Source: Bigelowiella natans CCMP2755 | Taxonomy: Eukaryota > Protista > Cercozoa | Assembly: GCA_000320545.1 (NCBI GenBank) | Contig: ADNK01001791.1 | Coordinates: 37,832-101,831 of the forward strand | Direction: 5' to 3' | Length of the DNA stretch: 64,000 bases | Shown here: in pieces, positions 1-14,268 of the stretch | Position numbering within the stretch: the first letter of the stretch is position 1 | Layout of the letters: each line of letters starts with the position of its first letter | Position numbers and translations under genes: made by a program | The notes under the pieces: model-generated | The model's input: the letters and a program-made list of their open reading frames with translations, nothing else | Told to the model about the DNA's origin: nothing | Databases searched by the model: none

Positions 1-75
1 AATAAAGATAGTGATGATCCTGCTCCTCCCGTACCAATCCACCACCCAATAGGCAGGCAGGCAGGCGGATATATA

Positions 76-80
<5 letters not shown>

Positions 81-147
<67 letters not shown>

Positions 148-148
148 G
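81..148. repeat. (TA)n-(TG)n compound microsatellite downstream of the first gene
   Basis: Direct reading of the sequence. Confidence 0.95.
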
Positions 149-177
149 TATATATTCATGCCCATATCACTCCACTT

Positions 178-1702
178 CTAACCCGGTGCCGGCCCAACAG
201 GAGAATCTTCGCTCAAAGTAGCAGCAGCAACAGCAGAGGGCCCTGCTCCAGAGGGGGAGGCCATCAATCCCTGATGAGCTCCAAACGACGGCAAAGGGGC
301 GAATCCTGATGTGTATGGGGGGTTAATGCCGGGGTGATGCTTGGGCGACGACTGTGGTGAGGAGAACGGCGTGCCGGCACCTGATGACTTCAAATGGCGC
401 ATCTGGAAGGACCGATGATGCTGCTGGCTGCTAGGGAAGTGATGACGTGTCATTTGGTGGCGTCTCTTGAATAGGCGCCACTCCTCTACCGTGACCTGCC
501 GGTCTTTGTTCATCCGTTGGAACTGATTCCATGAGATGGAGGCGAGGAGGGGGTTGGGCTTGAAGTCGGTGTCGTTTTGCTTCATCATTTCCGACGGGTT
601 CATGTTTGCGGCAGAGTCGGCAGCCTCTTTTGCTGCCTTGGCCGCGGCCTCAGCAGCAGCTGCAGCTTCTATCTGCTCCTGCTGCCGGCGGTGCTTCTCC
701 TTATAGGCTCGCCATTCCGCGGGGGAGACCTGGCGGCCAGTGTGCATCTTCTGGAAAGCGTTCCACGAGATCGTAGCCCCCTCTTTGACCCGGTTTGTGA
801 GCTTTGGGGTCTTCATGACCTGGTCCGTCTTCTCCGGTTCTTTCGGAAAGCTCTCCTTAATCCCGTTGGGAACCCGGACAGGGGCAGCCTTCGCTAATTT
901 GCACTGGGAGAGATATGACGCCTGGCAGCTCGCTTGAAGAGCCACGTATGTCAATTGCTGCATTTCTATCCAGCCCCAGTCCTTTACATGCACCATCGTT
1001 TCCACACCACCGCCATTTTTGGCCTCGTCATCGTTGTCGATCTCTTTCACCTTGCCGTCCTGCGGCTGCTTTTTGCTGTCGCCCTCCCCGTCTGCTCCCG
1101 TGTTCGATGGCGTAGGGTTTTTCTTTGTATCCCCCTCCTTGCCCGTGTCCTCACCACTGGTTTGTTCTTCCATTTTGACGACTCCCGCTTTACCCTCTTT
1201 GCTTTTTTGATCTCGCTGCTTCTCTAGTTCTTGCTTCTTCGCTTTGGCGCCGTATGCCACGGGCTTGACAGCATCTGCCAGCGGGAAGTTGATTTGGTCG
1301 AAGGCTATATCGATCCGGAACGCGTGGTCCTCTCCATCACGCTGGAACAGCTTCTTCAGCGCCGCTTTGGTAAGCTTCTTATGTTTGGAGATATCCAGCT
1401 TTAGGACGGAGGGATCGTCGAAGATCATATCTTTAGCTGAGAATAATGTTCCAACCACCCCCCAAAAAAACACTTGAGACACATGAATTCTTTGCGCATG
1501 TAGGATCAACAGTCGTCACTAACAATCACAATTAACTAATTCTTGCAAGCAGTGTATCATGGGTGAAAATGTACTTACAGGATTTACTAGTCCCCGCCTT
1601 TCCCTTGCTACCGTCCGGTTTCTTCCTCTGCTTCTGTCGTTTGTGCGACTTTGGCTTTGAGTCTGAGCTCGAGGGCTGAGCGTCGCTCTTGCGTTTTCCC
1701 AT
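178..1702 (-). CDS. Two-exon hypothetical protein (exons ~1702-1579 and 1436-178); K/S-rich basic N-terminus, two copies of a SWNxFQxM..RQV...EWR motif, P/S/A-rich tail
   Basis: ATG at 1702 (MGKRKSDAQPSSSDSK...), donor cct|GTAAGT and acceptor TTCTCAG|CT join in frame to the 443-aa ORF. Confidence 0.75.
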
Positions 1703-2802
1703 ATTTGGCTCTAAATAATCGTATTATCATTGGAAATTTTACTTGAGAAATGTGGACGTGGTGAACACATATTCTTAAAAGTGTTCGCCGCTCAAACCAA
1801 CGCTCGGAGTTGTGTATGAAGCCGAAAGTTTAATAGTTCTCACGATGATTCCCCAAACTATTCCATGCCCGTTCGAGAAAATATCATCTCTCAATCAAAA
1901 GAAGAAAGGCTGCTGGCTCCTCCCGGCTTCGCAGGCCAGATGCACAGCGTGACCATACAGGGGAATTTGCCATTATGACTAAATTTCTTTGTAATTATAA
2001 CTTCTCTAGAGTGAATTGTTGGTGGCATCGCTCCTCTTCACTTTTCAAATCCTAGTATCCTGACTGCCCCCGCCCTCTCCGAAATCAAATAGAGGTTTTC
2101 ACCTGTGAATCCGACGACTAGGATAGAGGGGCCTCCTATATGTGTCTCGTAAGAGTTGGAATTGGAGTTTGTGAGAAACTTGCTGCTGCCCCCCACAGCC
2201 TCTTTACGGTTTTAGGTCTTCCCTTTACTCCACGGTGTTTTCGCAGGCTTAGGGACAGGGGGGTGGGGCCGAGCCGATAGGAATATTCATAAGATCTCGT
2301 CCAATGTTCTGTTCTGTTCTCCGAAAATGAAAGCTAATAATACAGAATATGAAGTCATTTTTCTTGTCGTAGTGAATATTTAGGCACAATCTACACCCCT
2401 AAAAATGCGGCAAGCTGGACTTGGCTTTGAAATTCTTGGAAAAGAGAAAATGGTAAAAATGCATTATGAGGGCATCATACGGCAATGTAAAAAATAAGTC
2501 GCAGATATGTTTTCAAAGCCGTTTCAAGTCAGCTCTGAACAGAAATCACCCAGGATTTTATCTTAATGTATCGCTGGCTACTCGGGAAGTCGCAGGGTTC
2601 AGATGTCCCCCCATGTTACAGTCGTACCTCATCTGTGCGAAATCTGCATCGAGATCGAAAATACACCCAATAATATCTAAATACCTTATCGTTGAATGCA
2701 TGAGCCAAAACTCTTTGGCGCAATTTTGGATTTTACATCATCGAGACTGTCCTTACGTAATATGTGGTATTTAGATTTGACTTACTATTTGCACAAATTC
2801 CG

Positions 2803-4525
2803 ATGCGTTCGGAAGATGGCTACCGCGCCCTCCCTCTCCCCGTTGACAGGGAAGTTGTGAGGAGCGGTGCTATCAGGAGACGCAGACGTCGTGGTTGTGT
2901 AAAAATGATGCTTATATGTTGTTGTATTTTGCTTGCATTTCCAAAAGTGCTCTGATGTGATTTGAGGGACGAGTAGTCGTGACTTCGTGCATGCTCGAAA
3001 AGGCGAGTGCATCTGTGCATCCCTACTCAGGCTAATGGAGAATCCCCCCCCCCTCGATTTTCACCAATTAGGATATAAATTCTTTTTGCAATCAGCTCAA
3101 ATAACCTTTGAATCTTTTCCCCCCACCCTTGCCCATCCTAATTGCTTGCGACATCCCAGTAGGGTACCTGTTGCTCGCATGGCTCCTCTGTGGCCTCGCG
3201 GTTTTGCAACAGTGTGATAATTATCATCATCATTGTGCATACGACGATAAGAGTTGCTTTGGCAATGAAGGTATTGAAAATGGGAGAACTAGGTTAAATC
3301 TGCCCGTCCTCTGATGATATGTCGCTCTCCTTAGGAAAGGCATCTAGGACGACTGTGGCAGTTCCAATCTTAGGCGACTCCCTTGCTTCAAGAGCAGGAC
3401 CATATATAACTCCCGCGATAAAGTCATAAAATAAAGCACATAGGAAACACTGCATGTATATAGCTTGTGAGAGTGATGGCCATGCTTTTAGAAACCGTTC
3501 CCGCACAACACATAGCAAGAACACGCTGAATGGGAAGAAAACGTCGAGCTAACGTTCTGTTTTCAAGCGAAGAATCAGCGAGCAACACCCTGTTTGCTTC
3601 AAATTACCATTCATTGGTCTTGCTTTTCTTCTTCTTGTTCTTCTTCTTCTTCTTTGTCTCTTACTGACGGTCTGCAGCATTATTTCAACGCCGCTCCGGG
3701 CTCTTGCACGGTAAGTGGCATTGTAGCATTTCTTGGATTTACTGCTTCATGCAGGAGGATATTTTGCCTTAGTGATCTTCATGGCGCTGCTATGCCATCG
3801 GCAGCAGCCGGCGCCGACTCTTTTATCCGTACTCTGCATTATATTCAAACGTCAGTTGTTGTTCTTGTCAGGTCGTTGGTAGGCCTGGAAGCAGACGATG
3901 CGTCCTCAGATAGAAATAAGAACGACAAGAAGGTGGTGATGACTGGCACTAAAGTCAAGGGGGTGGAGACGCTTGTGTATGCCCAGAAGAACGATTATCT
4001 CGGCTTATTCTACATGAAAGGCATGCCCAGAATAGACTACTATGTAGTACTAGTAAAAGCTTAGAGCACTTAAGGCAAGAAATATCATCGCGAGCTTTTG
4101 TCCGCTTAGACGTTCATATTCTATGTATCTGAACATAATATAACCGATGTTTGGAAGGGTCGTCTTTCTCGATTTTACGTCTATTTTTCTAAAGAAAATG
4201 AGTGTCAAGATTAATTCATTGTTTTCAACGCGACACTGTAGGTTCACCCGTGAAGGGCATTCAAACTGTCATCAGTATTCCGGTCATCCACATGCAATAA
4301 TAGCGATGGCAGAAACTGGGGGGGGGGGGGGGGGGGGGGGGGTTAAATTTTAAAATCTAACTTCGGCTTCTGATGACAGTCAAATATACGTATCCTTTGA
4401 TAGGCCCAGACAAGTTGTAATCGTATTGCTGTTTTGCTGTTATAATGATCAACTTTTAGGGAAGATTTGAGTACAATATTCCTGTGGAGAATATTACCCA
4501 CAGTGGATCGGAGGTACATTCGTGC

Positions 4526-4563
<38 letters not shown>

Positions 4564-5121
4564 CTCTCTCTCCCCCTCCCCCTCTCTATGTCTTTCCGTA
4601 TTCGTTTCATTTTTGAGGCACAGCACATGCATGCATATGGGAAAAGGCTTTGCTCGTATCGGTCCTTCTCGGAAGTGGCGGTCTTGTTGGTGACGATGAA
4701 ATACAAGACGATAATGCCACAGCGAGTCAGCTTGCGAAAGTCATTGACGACTACAATGCTGCTGCAAAGTCTAGTGATTCTGCAAGAAAGGGGGGTATGG
4801 AAAACAGTGTAGTAGCCATGATCATGTGATGATAACAGCAGCTTAATTCATCATCGTCGTCACCCCCCATTATCGCAGTGCCATTCGCATCATCGGCATC
4901 TGCTGTCATGCTGAGTTGGTTCTCCAGCTGTACCCCAGACTATCCCCAAAAGATGAAATTTAATAAACACTCGAACACCGACGATTATCGTACTGCAGCG
5001 CCTCGCTCGCCTACCGCAGAGCAAATTCGCTGCCTTCGTTGCGAAACTCTGCGATTGCGGAACTCGCGAATGAGCTTTCCATTCCATTCACATCTCGTGA
5101 TTTTCAAGAGACAAGACCCAC
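2803..5121 (+). CDS. Putative exon fragments of an uncharacterised protein with a hydrophobic N-terminal segment; may be the 5' part of the ankyrin gene or a separate gene
   Basis: MRSEDGYRALP...RRRRRRGCVKMMLICCCILLAF at 2803; GT/AG-bounded open segments near 3161-3270, 3678-3710, 3871-4045, 4460-4514 and 4648-4768. Frame continuity to the ankyrin exons could not be fully resolved. Confidence 0.35.
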
Positions 5122-5161
5122 GTCAGCAGCACTAACATATTTGTACTCACACGACTGTCAG

Positions 5162-6276
5162 AGGAGAGCGAAAAAGGCCTGATAGCCATCAACGGCAAGG
5201 ATCCCTGGAACAGAACGGCCCTCTACCACGCTGCAGCCGCCAACAAGCCTCAATGCGTGCGAGTGTTGCTAGAGAGGGGGGCAGATCCTAATATAGGCCA
5301 GAAGGAGGGCGCCACACCGTTGTTCATCGCTGCACAGAATGGCTTTCACCATGTAGTCGAGGCACTTGTCGATTGCAATAGGACAGACGTCAATCAAGCG
5401 ACGACGAAGACCGACTCTACTCCTCTCTATGTTTCCGCACAGAATGGGAGGTACCTGTCGGCCTCCTGCCACCCTCCCCTCCCCCTTTCCTTTCTCTCGT
5501 CCCTCAGTACGTTGTGGGCGCATATTTGTGGGGGGAGGCAGTTTGGTTGCGGCCTCTGCTATTGAACGATAATGACATGGGGATGAGGGAGGGGGGGGGG
5601 GTGGCTGTTGGGGTTGCGCCTGTTTAAAACATCGACAATGGGCTTGTAATCATCATGATAATCACGATCAACAACAAAAACACAACATGAAGGAAGAATG
5701 AATGCTGAATTTGCCTTTTCTCCCCATACGGTAAGGTACGATGCCGTGATGTGTTTGGTGAAAAAGGGCAAGGCCGACATTGATAAGCCTCAGGTTTTGT
5801 AATTTATATACGAAGAGGGGGGGGGGGGGGGGAAGCTTTCGAAACTGACGAATAAAAGCAATAACTTTAGAACATATTGAGCGAAAAAACAGAGATGATC
5901 GTATCTCCCCTGCAATGAGATGTGATGCGGGACAAAAATCATTCGAAGATTCTCGTGAAAGATTTTCGGTTTTTTTTTTTTTTTTTTTCCAATAGTTTTC
6001 TTTCTATCTCTCTCCTTCCAAGCCAAGGGTTTAATGTGACGTGCATGATCCTGTGCAGGCTCTGAGTAACAACATCGTTTCATCATTTCGTGCTCCATAT
6101 CTATAGGCTGACGGCTCGACTCCTGTCTACGTAGCTGTGCAGAACAAACACAACAATGTGAGCTCTTTTAGACACTGAAAGGAGTGTGAGGAAAAGGAAA
6201 GGAGGAAGGATTGTATCACAAACACACGCGCGCGCGCACACACACACACACACACACATAAAATATATGTATAAAA

Positions 6277-6309
<33 letters not shown>

Positions 6310-6441
6310 CGAACGATTTGTTCTTACCCCATCTGTATTTGTTGTGTGGGCAAGATCCTAAAATTCTTGCTGAAAAATGGAGCAGATCCCATGAGAGGTA
6401 TCTCAGCAGCAAACTAATATGCGATTTTGAAGGAAAGAAAG

Positions 6442-6478
<37 letters not shown>

Positions 6479-7208
6479 AATACCGCGATTGCGACTATTT
6501 TTGTGTGATTTTGCAGAGAGCAGATTCTTTGAACGATCCCCTCTGCATGCATATTGTCTCGGTGCTCCTCCTCCTCCTCCTCCTCCTCCTCCTCATTACC
6601 TTGGTTGCGTTGCAGGGAACGTGTCAAACTCCGTGTTTGTGCCGTTGTTCATGGCGGTACAGGCAGACACACCAATGGCTACCAAGATGCTTCTATCGAA
6701 AGGGGCAAACCCCAACATTCGAGTCGATGTGGTAACATCCATGATATCGGCAATTCCATTCCCAAAATTTCACTTTAGATTCATTACGAGAGGAAGAGGG
6801 GGGGGGGAGAACTAGGGATCGTTCTCTATGCTTTGCCATCATTCTCACATTCACATCTGTCCATATATCATGCATCGGCCATGTACTTATTCCCAGACCG
6901 CGCAGCAGAAAATGATGGTGGGCGGCGATGTCGCGACGTTTCCGTTGCTGCTGTGCGCGGTTGCGAACAAGCCTGAAATGACAAGGCTTCTTCTCAAATA
7001 TGGAGCGCGGGTTACTAAAATCAACAACATTCGACAGAATTGACCCCATCACCGCCCTCGCCAACACTTCACCCCAAATTGACCATAATGATCGTGCTTC
7101 GTGCTTTCCGAACGCAAAATCGGTTTTCTTGCCCTTGGTCACAGGAGCATTATTGATAATGACACCAACATGTGGGTGCGTGTGTGTGCGCGTGTATGGG
7201 AATGTGTG

Positions 7209-7246
<38 letters not shown>

Positions 7247-10200
7247 GTAGGTTGATATGGTGGGAATCAATGGAACCACAGCTCTGCACATGGTCCGTCC
7301 TTTAATTATTACAAAAGAGCACAACCAATGCACGCGCACACACACGTTGAGCTGCACGCGACAGCCTCTTGCAGCACAATCCAGCGTATCAATTCTTCGG
7401 GTATCACGCTTCAACGCGTCATCACCATCGCCATCATCATCGTCATGATATCTGAATTACGCCGTCCTCTCCTCGTAGGCGTGCGCGTACGCGAGCTCCA
7501 AATCAGCAGCAGTGCTGATTAAACACGGGGCAGACATCGAGCACCCTGACAACCGCGGATTCACACCGCTCATGAGGTTGGAAATCATGCTACCATTGCA
7601 AACACTTCGTAACCTATTTGACGGCATTTGGCGTGGGAAAAGCTCATCAGCGATTCTTCTTCAGCGACGGCTCAAACGCCGATGATGACAGATGAACCTC
7701 TTCTGACTGGGTGTGATAAGGGAGATGATCTGCGAGTCTTCTACGCATTCATTCCCACACAACCCTGATCTGGCGCTCTTTGTTTCGTGCTAAAATTAGA
7801 GCATTCACGATGATGCTTTAAGCTAGGATGTGATTGCTGTCTAACCCAATCCTCTCCGTAACAGGTCGATCTATAAGAGTGAGGCGGAGCTGGGATACCT
7901 AGCTCATAAGTTCACCAAAGTAATACTGCGCGCACCGCCTTTGAACCCGCTATCGAGTGAAAGGGCTGATGGCGTTGTGCTTCGATGCCACTTGTGTCTG
8001 TTGGTGTCGTCGGACAACAACAACAACAACAACAACAACACAACTACAACAGCAAAAATGATGGATTGACACATGCCGCAGACGATGGTTTCGGCTACAC
8101 TTTACCACTTTCTCAAAATCTTGTAGTTGTGGAGCTAGTAGTAGCAATAGTAGTAGTAGTAGAGGAGGAGGAGGAGGAGGAGGAGTAATGTAGAACAGCC
8201 ATTGGCGCGTGATCTTTGTGCAGCAGTTTATCATCGAGTGAGTTGGGTGTCATTCCTACCTATCATACCACCATCTCTCATACGCACGCGGATTGCTTCT
8301 TCCTCCTCAAACATTAGACCGACGACATGGAAAAGTACATCGAGGCTGTGAATAAGCGCCGGCGCAACTTGGCCGAGTTCCTTCTGTTCCAAGGAGCCGA
8401 TCCCAATCAGCAAACCCCTGACGGGTTCACTCCGCTCATGACAGGTAGTCGTTGGTTTTAGAGGGGGGGGGGGAGGACGTTGTGGGCGGCGGCTTTTGGC
8501 CTGTCACGCGAACAGGTCTTCTTCCCAATATATCCGCCCGTGAGAACACACACGCATACACACACGCTCGCGCGCGCGCGCGCGCACATCAGACAATTAT
8601 GAGGGGGGTGGAGGAGAGGAGAGGAGAGGAATACATTTGTAGTAACGTCTATTGCTTGATTTCCCTCCCACCCACCCCCTTCACCCCCTTCATCAATGCT
8701 CACAGCTGTGGCTGCGAATGACCCTGAGATGATAGACTTACTCGTCGAGGTACACTAGGAAGAAGAACAACAACAAGAACAACAACAAGAAGAAGAGGAT
8801 GAGCGGCGGCTGTGGGATGGAGGGGTGGGGGTGAGGAGAGGAAATAAACGCTTTGATACTGGGGCAAAACTTCCGTTGATGTGTCGTATCGCTGCTCATA
8901 AACAGCACGGAGCAGATGTTAATATGAAGACTGCTACTGGAGTGTCTGCATCCATCATTGCAGTGACGCTGGGGCAATCTCGAATCCAGGTGGTGTGGGT
9001 CTCAGGATGATGGGAAATTATGATGATCACAGTGATGATGATGATGATGATGATGATGATGACGATGATGATGGTGGTGGTGGTGGTGATGATGATGATG
9101 ATGATGATGGGGAGGAGGAGGAAGAGGAGGATAAGGACGTATCTTTCCGGATAATAGTAATTAAGCCGTTCCGCACTCGGCATCTGCGCCACCTGTCAAA
9201 ACGAGCGGCAGCCTGAAAAACCGATGATTTCCGTACTGCCGCTTTGCCGCGGAGACAAAATTATCGGTGCACTTCAGCGATGGGAACTTAGGAGATTTCG
9301 GGTGTTTGCATAGGGCTGCTCTCACTGCATAGTGTGGCTAATCACCTTCTGTTTCTTCACCTTCCTCGCCCGTGCGACATCATTCTAGTGCCTGATGAAG
9401 CTGAAATCACACGGAGCTGACCCGAAAAAGGACAGGGAGTACCTCGAAAGGTAAAGATCAGGATAGGGTTCAACTGATGGTGATGATGATGATATTAACG
9501 ATGATGATGATGATGATGATGACTGCATAAGAAAAGCGTTCCCTAAAAGTCTAGAATGTCACCGACAACATCGAAAAAAAGTGGTTGCGTTGTGTTATAC
9601 CATATCAATAGCTCTTATTTTCTCGTCGTCCCCCTCCCTTCTTCCTCTCCTCCAACTCATCCTCCTCCTCCTCCTTCCCGGTCGATTATCGCGTGAATTC
9701 CTTGTTAGGGTCTCGAAAGAAGTCTCGGAGCGTCAGCCGGAGATAATAATCCATGAGCTTGGAGATATACCCCCTCAGTACATGCCTTCTGATTTGGTGA
9801 TAGTACCACTACTAGTTGTTGTGACAGTTGTACAAACAACACACCATCCATCTTTTGGGGATGAAGAGGAGGAGGAGGAGGAGGAGAGAATCAGTTGGCT
9901 GATGATGATGAAAGCCAGAATAATGGACGGGAAAGCTGTGTGCATGTGTCTGTATCTGATGTATGCGCCCTCCTCCTCTTCTTCTTCTTCTTCTTCCACT
10001 TACCCGTTCTGTTTCCGCATCCATTTCTTCCCTTCGCATAGACAATAAAAGAACGCCTGGACTACTCGAAAGGCTTCCATGAGCGTCAGCAGCTGAAAGA
10101 GTCTTTGAATGACCCATCGAAGAAAGAGCAGGTCAAGTATCATTCAGCCCCTCTCTCGCAGCCTCAACCTTACAATCAGTGTATTGCGAGTATGAACGCA

Positions 10201-10786
10201 GATAGCAGCTCCCATCTTCTGATTCTCCTCCTCTTTGTTGCCTTTTCTCATGCAATGCAGGTGGTTAAGGAGTTGGTGAGAAGAGGGCCTAAGGATGGAC
10301 TTAAGTTTGTGCGTCGATTGGATAAATTCAAGTATTTTTTTAGCTACTTTAATAATTATTACAATAATAATAAAATCTTTTCTCCAGCATCTTTCCTCCT
10401 CCTCCTCCTCCTCCTCCTCCTCCTCCTCCTCCTCCTACCACTACTACTTACTACTGCCCGTCTTCTTCTTCTTCTTCTTCTTCTTCTTCTTCTTCTTCTT
10501 CATCTTCTTCTTCTATTATTCGTTTGGCCCTTTACAGGAAGGAAGAGGCCGCCATTAAGTGGTTTCAACAGCTAAACAGGACGGAATGGAAGAAGAATAT
10601 CTCCAAACTGTCCCCAGCGGAGCAAGAGGTATATACTTACGCCACTCCTCGCTACTACCATCACAATCCTCATCAGTAGCAGCAGCAGTAGTATCGGCAG
10701 CAGCAGAGTCATCATCCATCGTCGTTGCTACCATCATCACAGAAATGTTTCCTTTTCACGTAGCTTTCATCATGACATCGAAGATC

Positions 10787-10826
<40 letters not shown>

Positions 10827-11936
10827 TACACAATATGTATTATGAAATCCTCACCATCGCTCTATCCCATCATGGCCGTGACCTCCAGCTGAACGAATTA
10901 ATGCTCGAAACGTCGGAAATGCATCTGCGAGACACGCTGGAGAGTCGTAACAAACGGCGAGAGGAGTACTTTAAGGGGAAAAAAGAGAGAGATGGTGATA
11001 GCAAACCAACCAATAAGGTGGTGGCAGTAATGCGTCGTTGCGGTCTATTCAAGGCCATTGATGTGGATAGTACTACGCATACTTTTTTCCCCTCATTATT
11101 CTCCCATCCACCCTCTTGCTTTTACAATTTTGAGACGCCGTGCGAAACTATTGCCCACTATGCGCAACTTTGTGGTGTCTCCCAAATATCATCATTATCA
11201 TCATCATCATCCACAACTCATTGAGCGATGTATCAGGACTACACAGCGCTGGATTCGTTAAGTCTGGATATCGACTCCGAAGACGCGAAGAGAGAGGCCA
11301 TCGATCTGGCGCAGTTTACGGCTAGGACAGTGGAAGATACACGGAAGGAAATGGAGCGGTACACCTATGCAAAAGCGAGAGGTAATCGGTGGAAAGACTC
11401 AGCTGCTGCCCTTTCAAATGAGAGAAACGAGTAGATAGAGAAAGCTAATTTATTATGTTGGTGTTACTACTACTACTTCTACTATTTTTAAGTCCTCCTG
11501 ATGCCATCCCGATGAACTTCTCACGCTGCTCTTTGTTTGTCATCAATCTCCTCCTCCTCCTCCTCCTCCTCTCACCTCCATCTCAATCCGCCATCATGCG
11601 TGATCATGCCCAGGCCTCCCAGTCGACACGCAAACCGAGCAGCTGGTGAGAGAGGCGAGGAGGCAGCTTCAAGAAGAGGGCTACGAGCTTCCAAATACGA
11701 TGCCGCCAGGAAATGCTGTGGTGAATTCACTCACAGAGAACCACCGGGATGAAGATGAGACAACGAGGCGCTTTCGCGAGGCTAAGGACGACGGAGAAAG
11801 GGACGAGATGCTGCGGCGGAAGATCGAAGAGATTGATGACGAAATGGATGGGTTCAAGTCAGGGGAGATCTCCAGAGATGACGAGTGCGAGTCATTCGGT
11901 AGCCACACTGAAAGCGATGGCGTGGAAGACTTCTAG
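5162..11936 (+). CDS. Multi-exon (~18 exons) ankyrin-repeat protein with a charged/acidic C-terminal region; 5' end uncertain
   Basis: Repeated ankyrin motifs across exons (RTALYHAA, LLERGADPN..GATPLFIAAQNG, DGSTPVYVAVQN, LLKNGADP, GTTALHM, HGADIEHPDNRGFTPLM, FQGADPNQQTPDGFTPLMT, HGADVNMK); stop after ...SDGVEDF at 11936. Confidence 0.85.
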
Positions 11937-12380
11937 CACTGCATCGTCGTAGAATTACAAAAAACGCATGCGCCACAGCCGTGCATGCAACGTTGAAGCT
12001 ATGCATACTTATTACTGTATACTAAATGGTCAAACATTTTCATGTTTATGTAGAATTTTCGATCAGTTACGCGGGTACGATAGTATCATGCTCAGTTGTA
12101 TGTGCCACCCGTTATGATATGAGGACAACTTGCATTGCGCACATGTACTCGCACAAAAATAAAGAGGATGCTCCTTTTCAGCATGCTACACGCCCGGGAT
12201 GGCAAGCTTACAGTAATAACCATTGCATGTGCGTGGGGCTAGCATGGCATAAGCGAATGCATTCTGATGCCATGCGTTCTTTGAACACTAGAGGATTGCT
12301 GCTTTTTGCGTCTATGTCACTCATGTAATGATTCAACTCCGGCTTTTATTTGCAAGCTCTTTGGGATTTATCCATGGATG

Positions 12381-12421
<41 letters not shown>

Positions 12422-12531
12422 CGTGTATTAAAAGAACGCTGGAACCAATAGCACAAGGCTATACAGTCTAGATAGTTCGTTAGAACATCAGAGCCCAGCT
12501 ATGCTGCACTAGCCGCTTGCTTTCACAGGCT

Positions 12532-12804
12532 TTATACTGCTATGAATCTGTGGGTACTCGCTCGTGTGAGTTGGAGGAGTGGGTTTGCTCCCTCCTGCAT
12601 GCCGACAAGAAGCTCGATGAACTCCCATCCGGCGTTGGAGTCGGCGCCGAATATCTCGCAAAGCTGATGGTAGTTATGACGAGCAGGCATTTATGCGTAT
12701 ATTTCGCGTTTATTGCGTGATTATGTGGAAAAGCAACAGAGCTCGATGAGCTTCAGCTAGGGTATACCTATGGTTCTCTTACAGTGTATATGTGACTGTG
12801 TGTT

Positions 12805-12840
<36 letters not shown>

Positions 12841-13371
12841 TTTGTGTGAAACAGAACAGCACAGCATACTTGCTCTATGCCAGGATAATCATTCGCACCA
12901 ACCCCTGAGGCAGTAGCACGTGCCTTACAGACGTGATAGAAGCAACAGTGCGTTGATTAGAGACGGCAGCAAACGGTATTATCATTATCAACGATCTTCT
13001 CCAGAGTGGGAAGCGAGCAGCAGCCGCCACGCAATCATTATCACCATCAATATTACCATCGTCATCATTGTCATCATTTTCATTATCATTATCATTATCA
13101 TTCTCACTGCAATCGAAGTTTCATTAAAAGTAGAGGGTACTTGTTCCTTCAACGAGCGCCAAGCCTCCAAGCCGCCGTCAAGTGGGATAAGTTCTCCCAG
13201 ATTTTTTGCTGGAAGTTGCTGCTGCACATCACCACCAAGCGGTTTATATCTCTATCTTAGCTACCGCCGAAGCATGAGAAAATAAAATCTCAAAATATAA
13301 TCGGTGACAGATAATGCCATGAGAAAGAAAGGGAAAGGGAAAGGGAGAGAGAGAAAGAGAGAAAGAGAGAA

Positions 13372-13414
<43 letters not shown>

Positions 13415-13605
13415 GAGAAATACTCTCTTTCCATTATTCTCCCCTAAAACCTTTGCAGAGCCGGATAATGGCCTTCGTTCGCCTCCTCCTCCTCCTCCTC
13501 CTGCTGCTGCTGCTGGCCCCGTAGTAAGAAACCCACTAGAAAGGTTCAAAGAAGCAAACAGAATCTACCCCGCCGAGATGAGCGGAACAAGATAGAAAGA
13601 GGGAG

Positions 13606-13648
<43 letters not shown>

Positions 13649-14082
13649 GAGTTATCAACCGACTATCGAGGAGCTTTGTGGAGTGAGCGGTGTAGCATGA
13701 TGTGGGATGGAAGAGATGGGGCGGGTATCGACTTATTGCCATGGGCTGCATGAGCGGGAATCTCCAAGAATAATGATAGCGATTATTTTGCAATGCCATG
13801 GAAAACATGCAGACACAAACAAAAGCAGCCCTGAAAAAATGGTTGTTCTCTGGCATGGCCGTTGCAGCACCGCAGGAGAACAAACAACGGATTCGTAGTG
13901 CCCTCTCCTCGTATGTCTGCATCTCTCTGGCTTGCAATCACCTCCACCAACGCAACGGCGAGCCTCCTCATATCTTCCTTCCTCGCCACAGATCCAGCAA
14001 GAACCTGGAATAGGAAGAAGCAACGGTAAACAATGCAACGACATCATGTCGTAGTCGCGGTAGCAGCACCAGTAGTAGCTAT

Positions 14083-14120
<38 letters not shown>

Positions 14121-14227
14121 AGAAGTAGCATACTGGATCATTGTCGAGGCCTCTTTTTCCGGCGGACGCTGCAAGCTTAGCTGCGCTCAGGAATGGCATC
14201 GCAGTCTTATCATCCTGAGAGGGACAC

Positions 14228-14268
<41 letters not shown>

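Noticed and set aside
1790-2280. Additional upstream exons for the first gene (e.g. a SILVVGFTG BRCT-like snippet)
   Set aside because: No in-frame splice path was found, and a good ATG at 1702 already completes the model.
6186-10575. PolyQ/polyP/polyL/polyD ORFs (e.g. 6186-6815, 8995-9216, 10105-10575)
   Set aside because: They are read-through of intronic triplet microsatellites flanked by GT-AG ankyrin exons.
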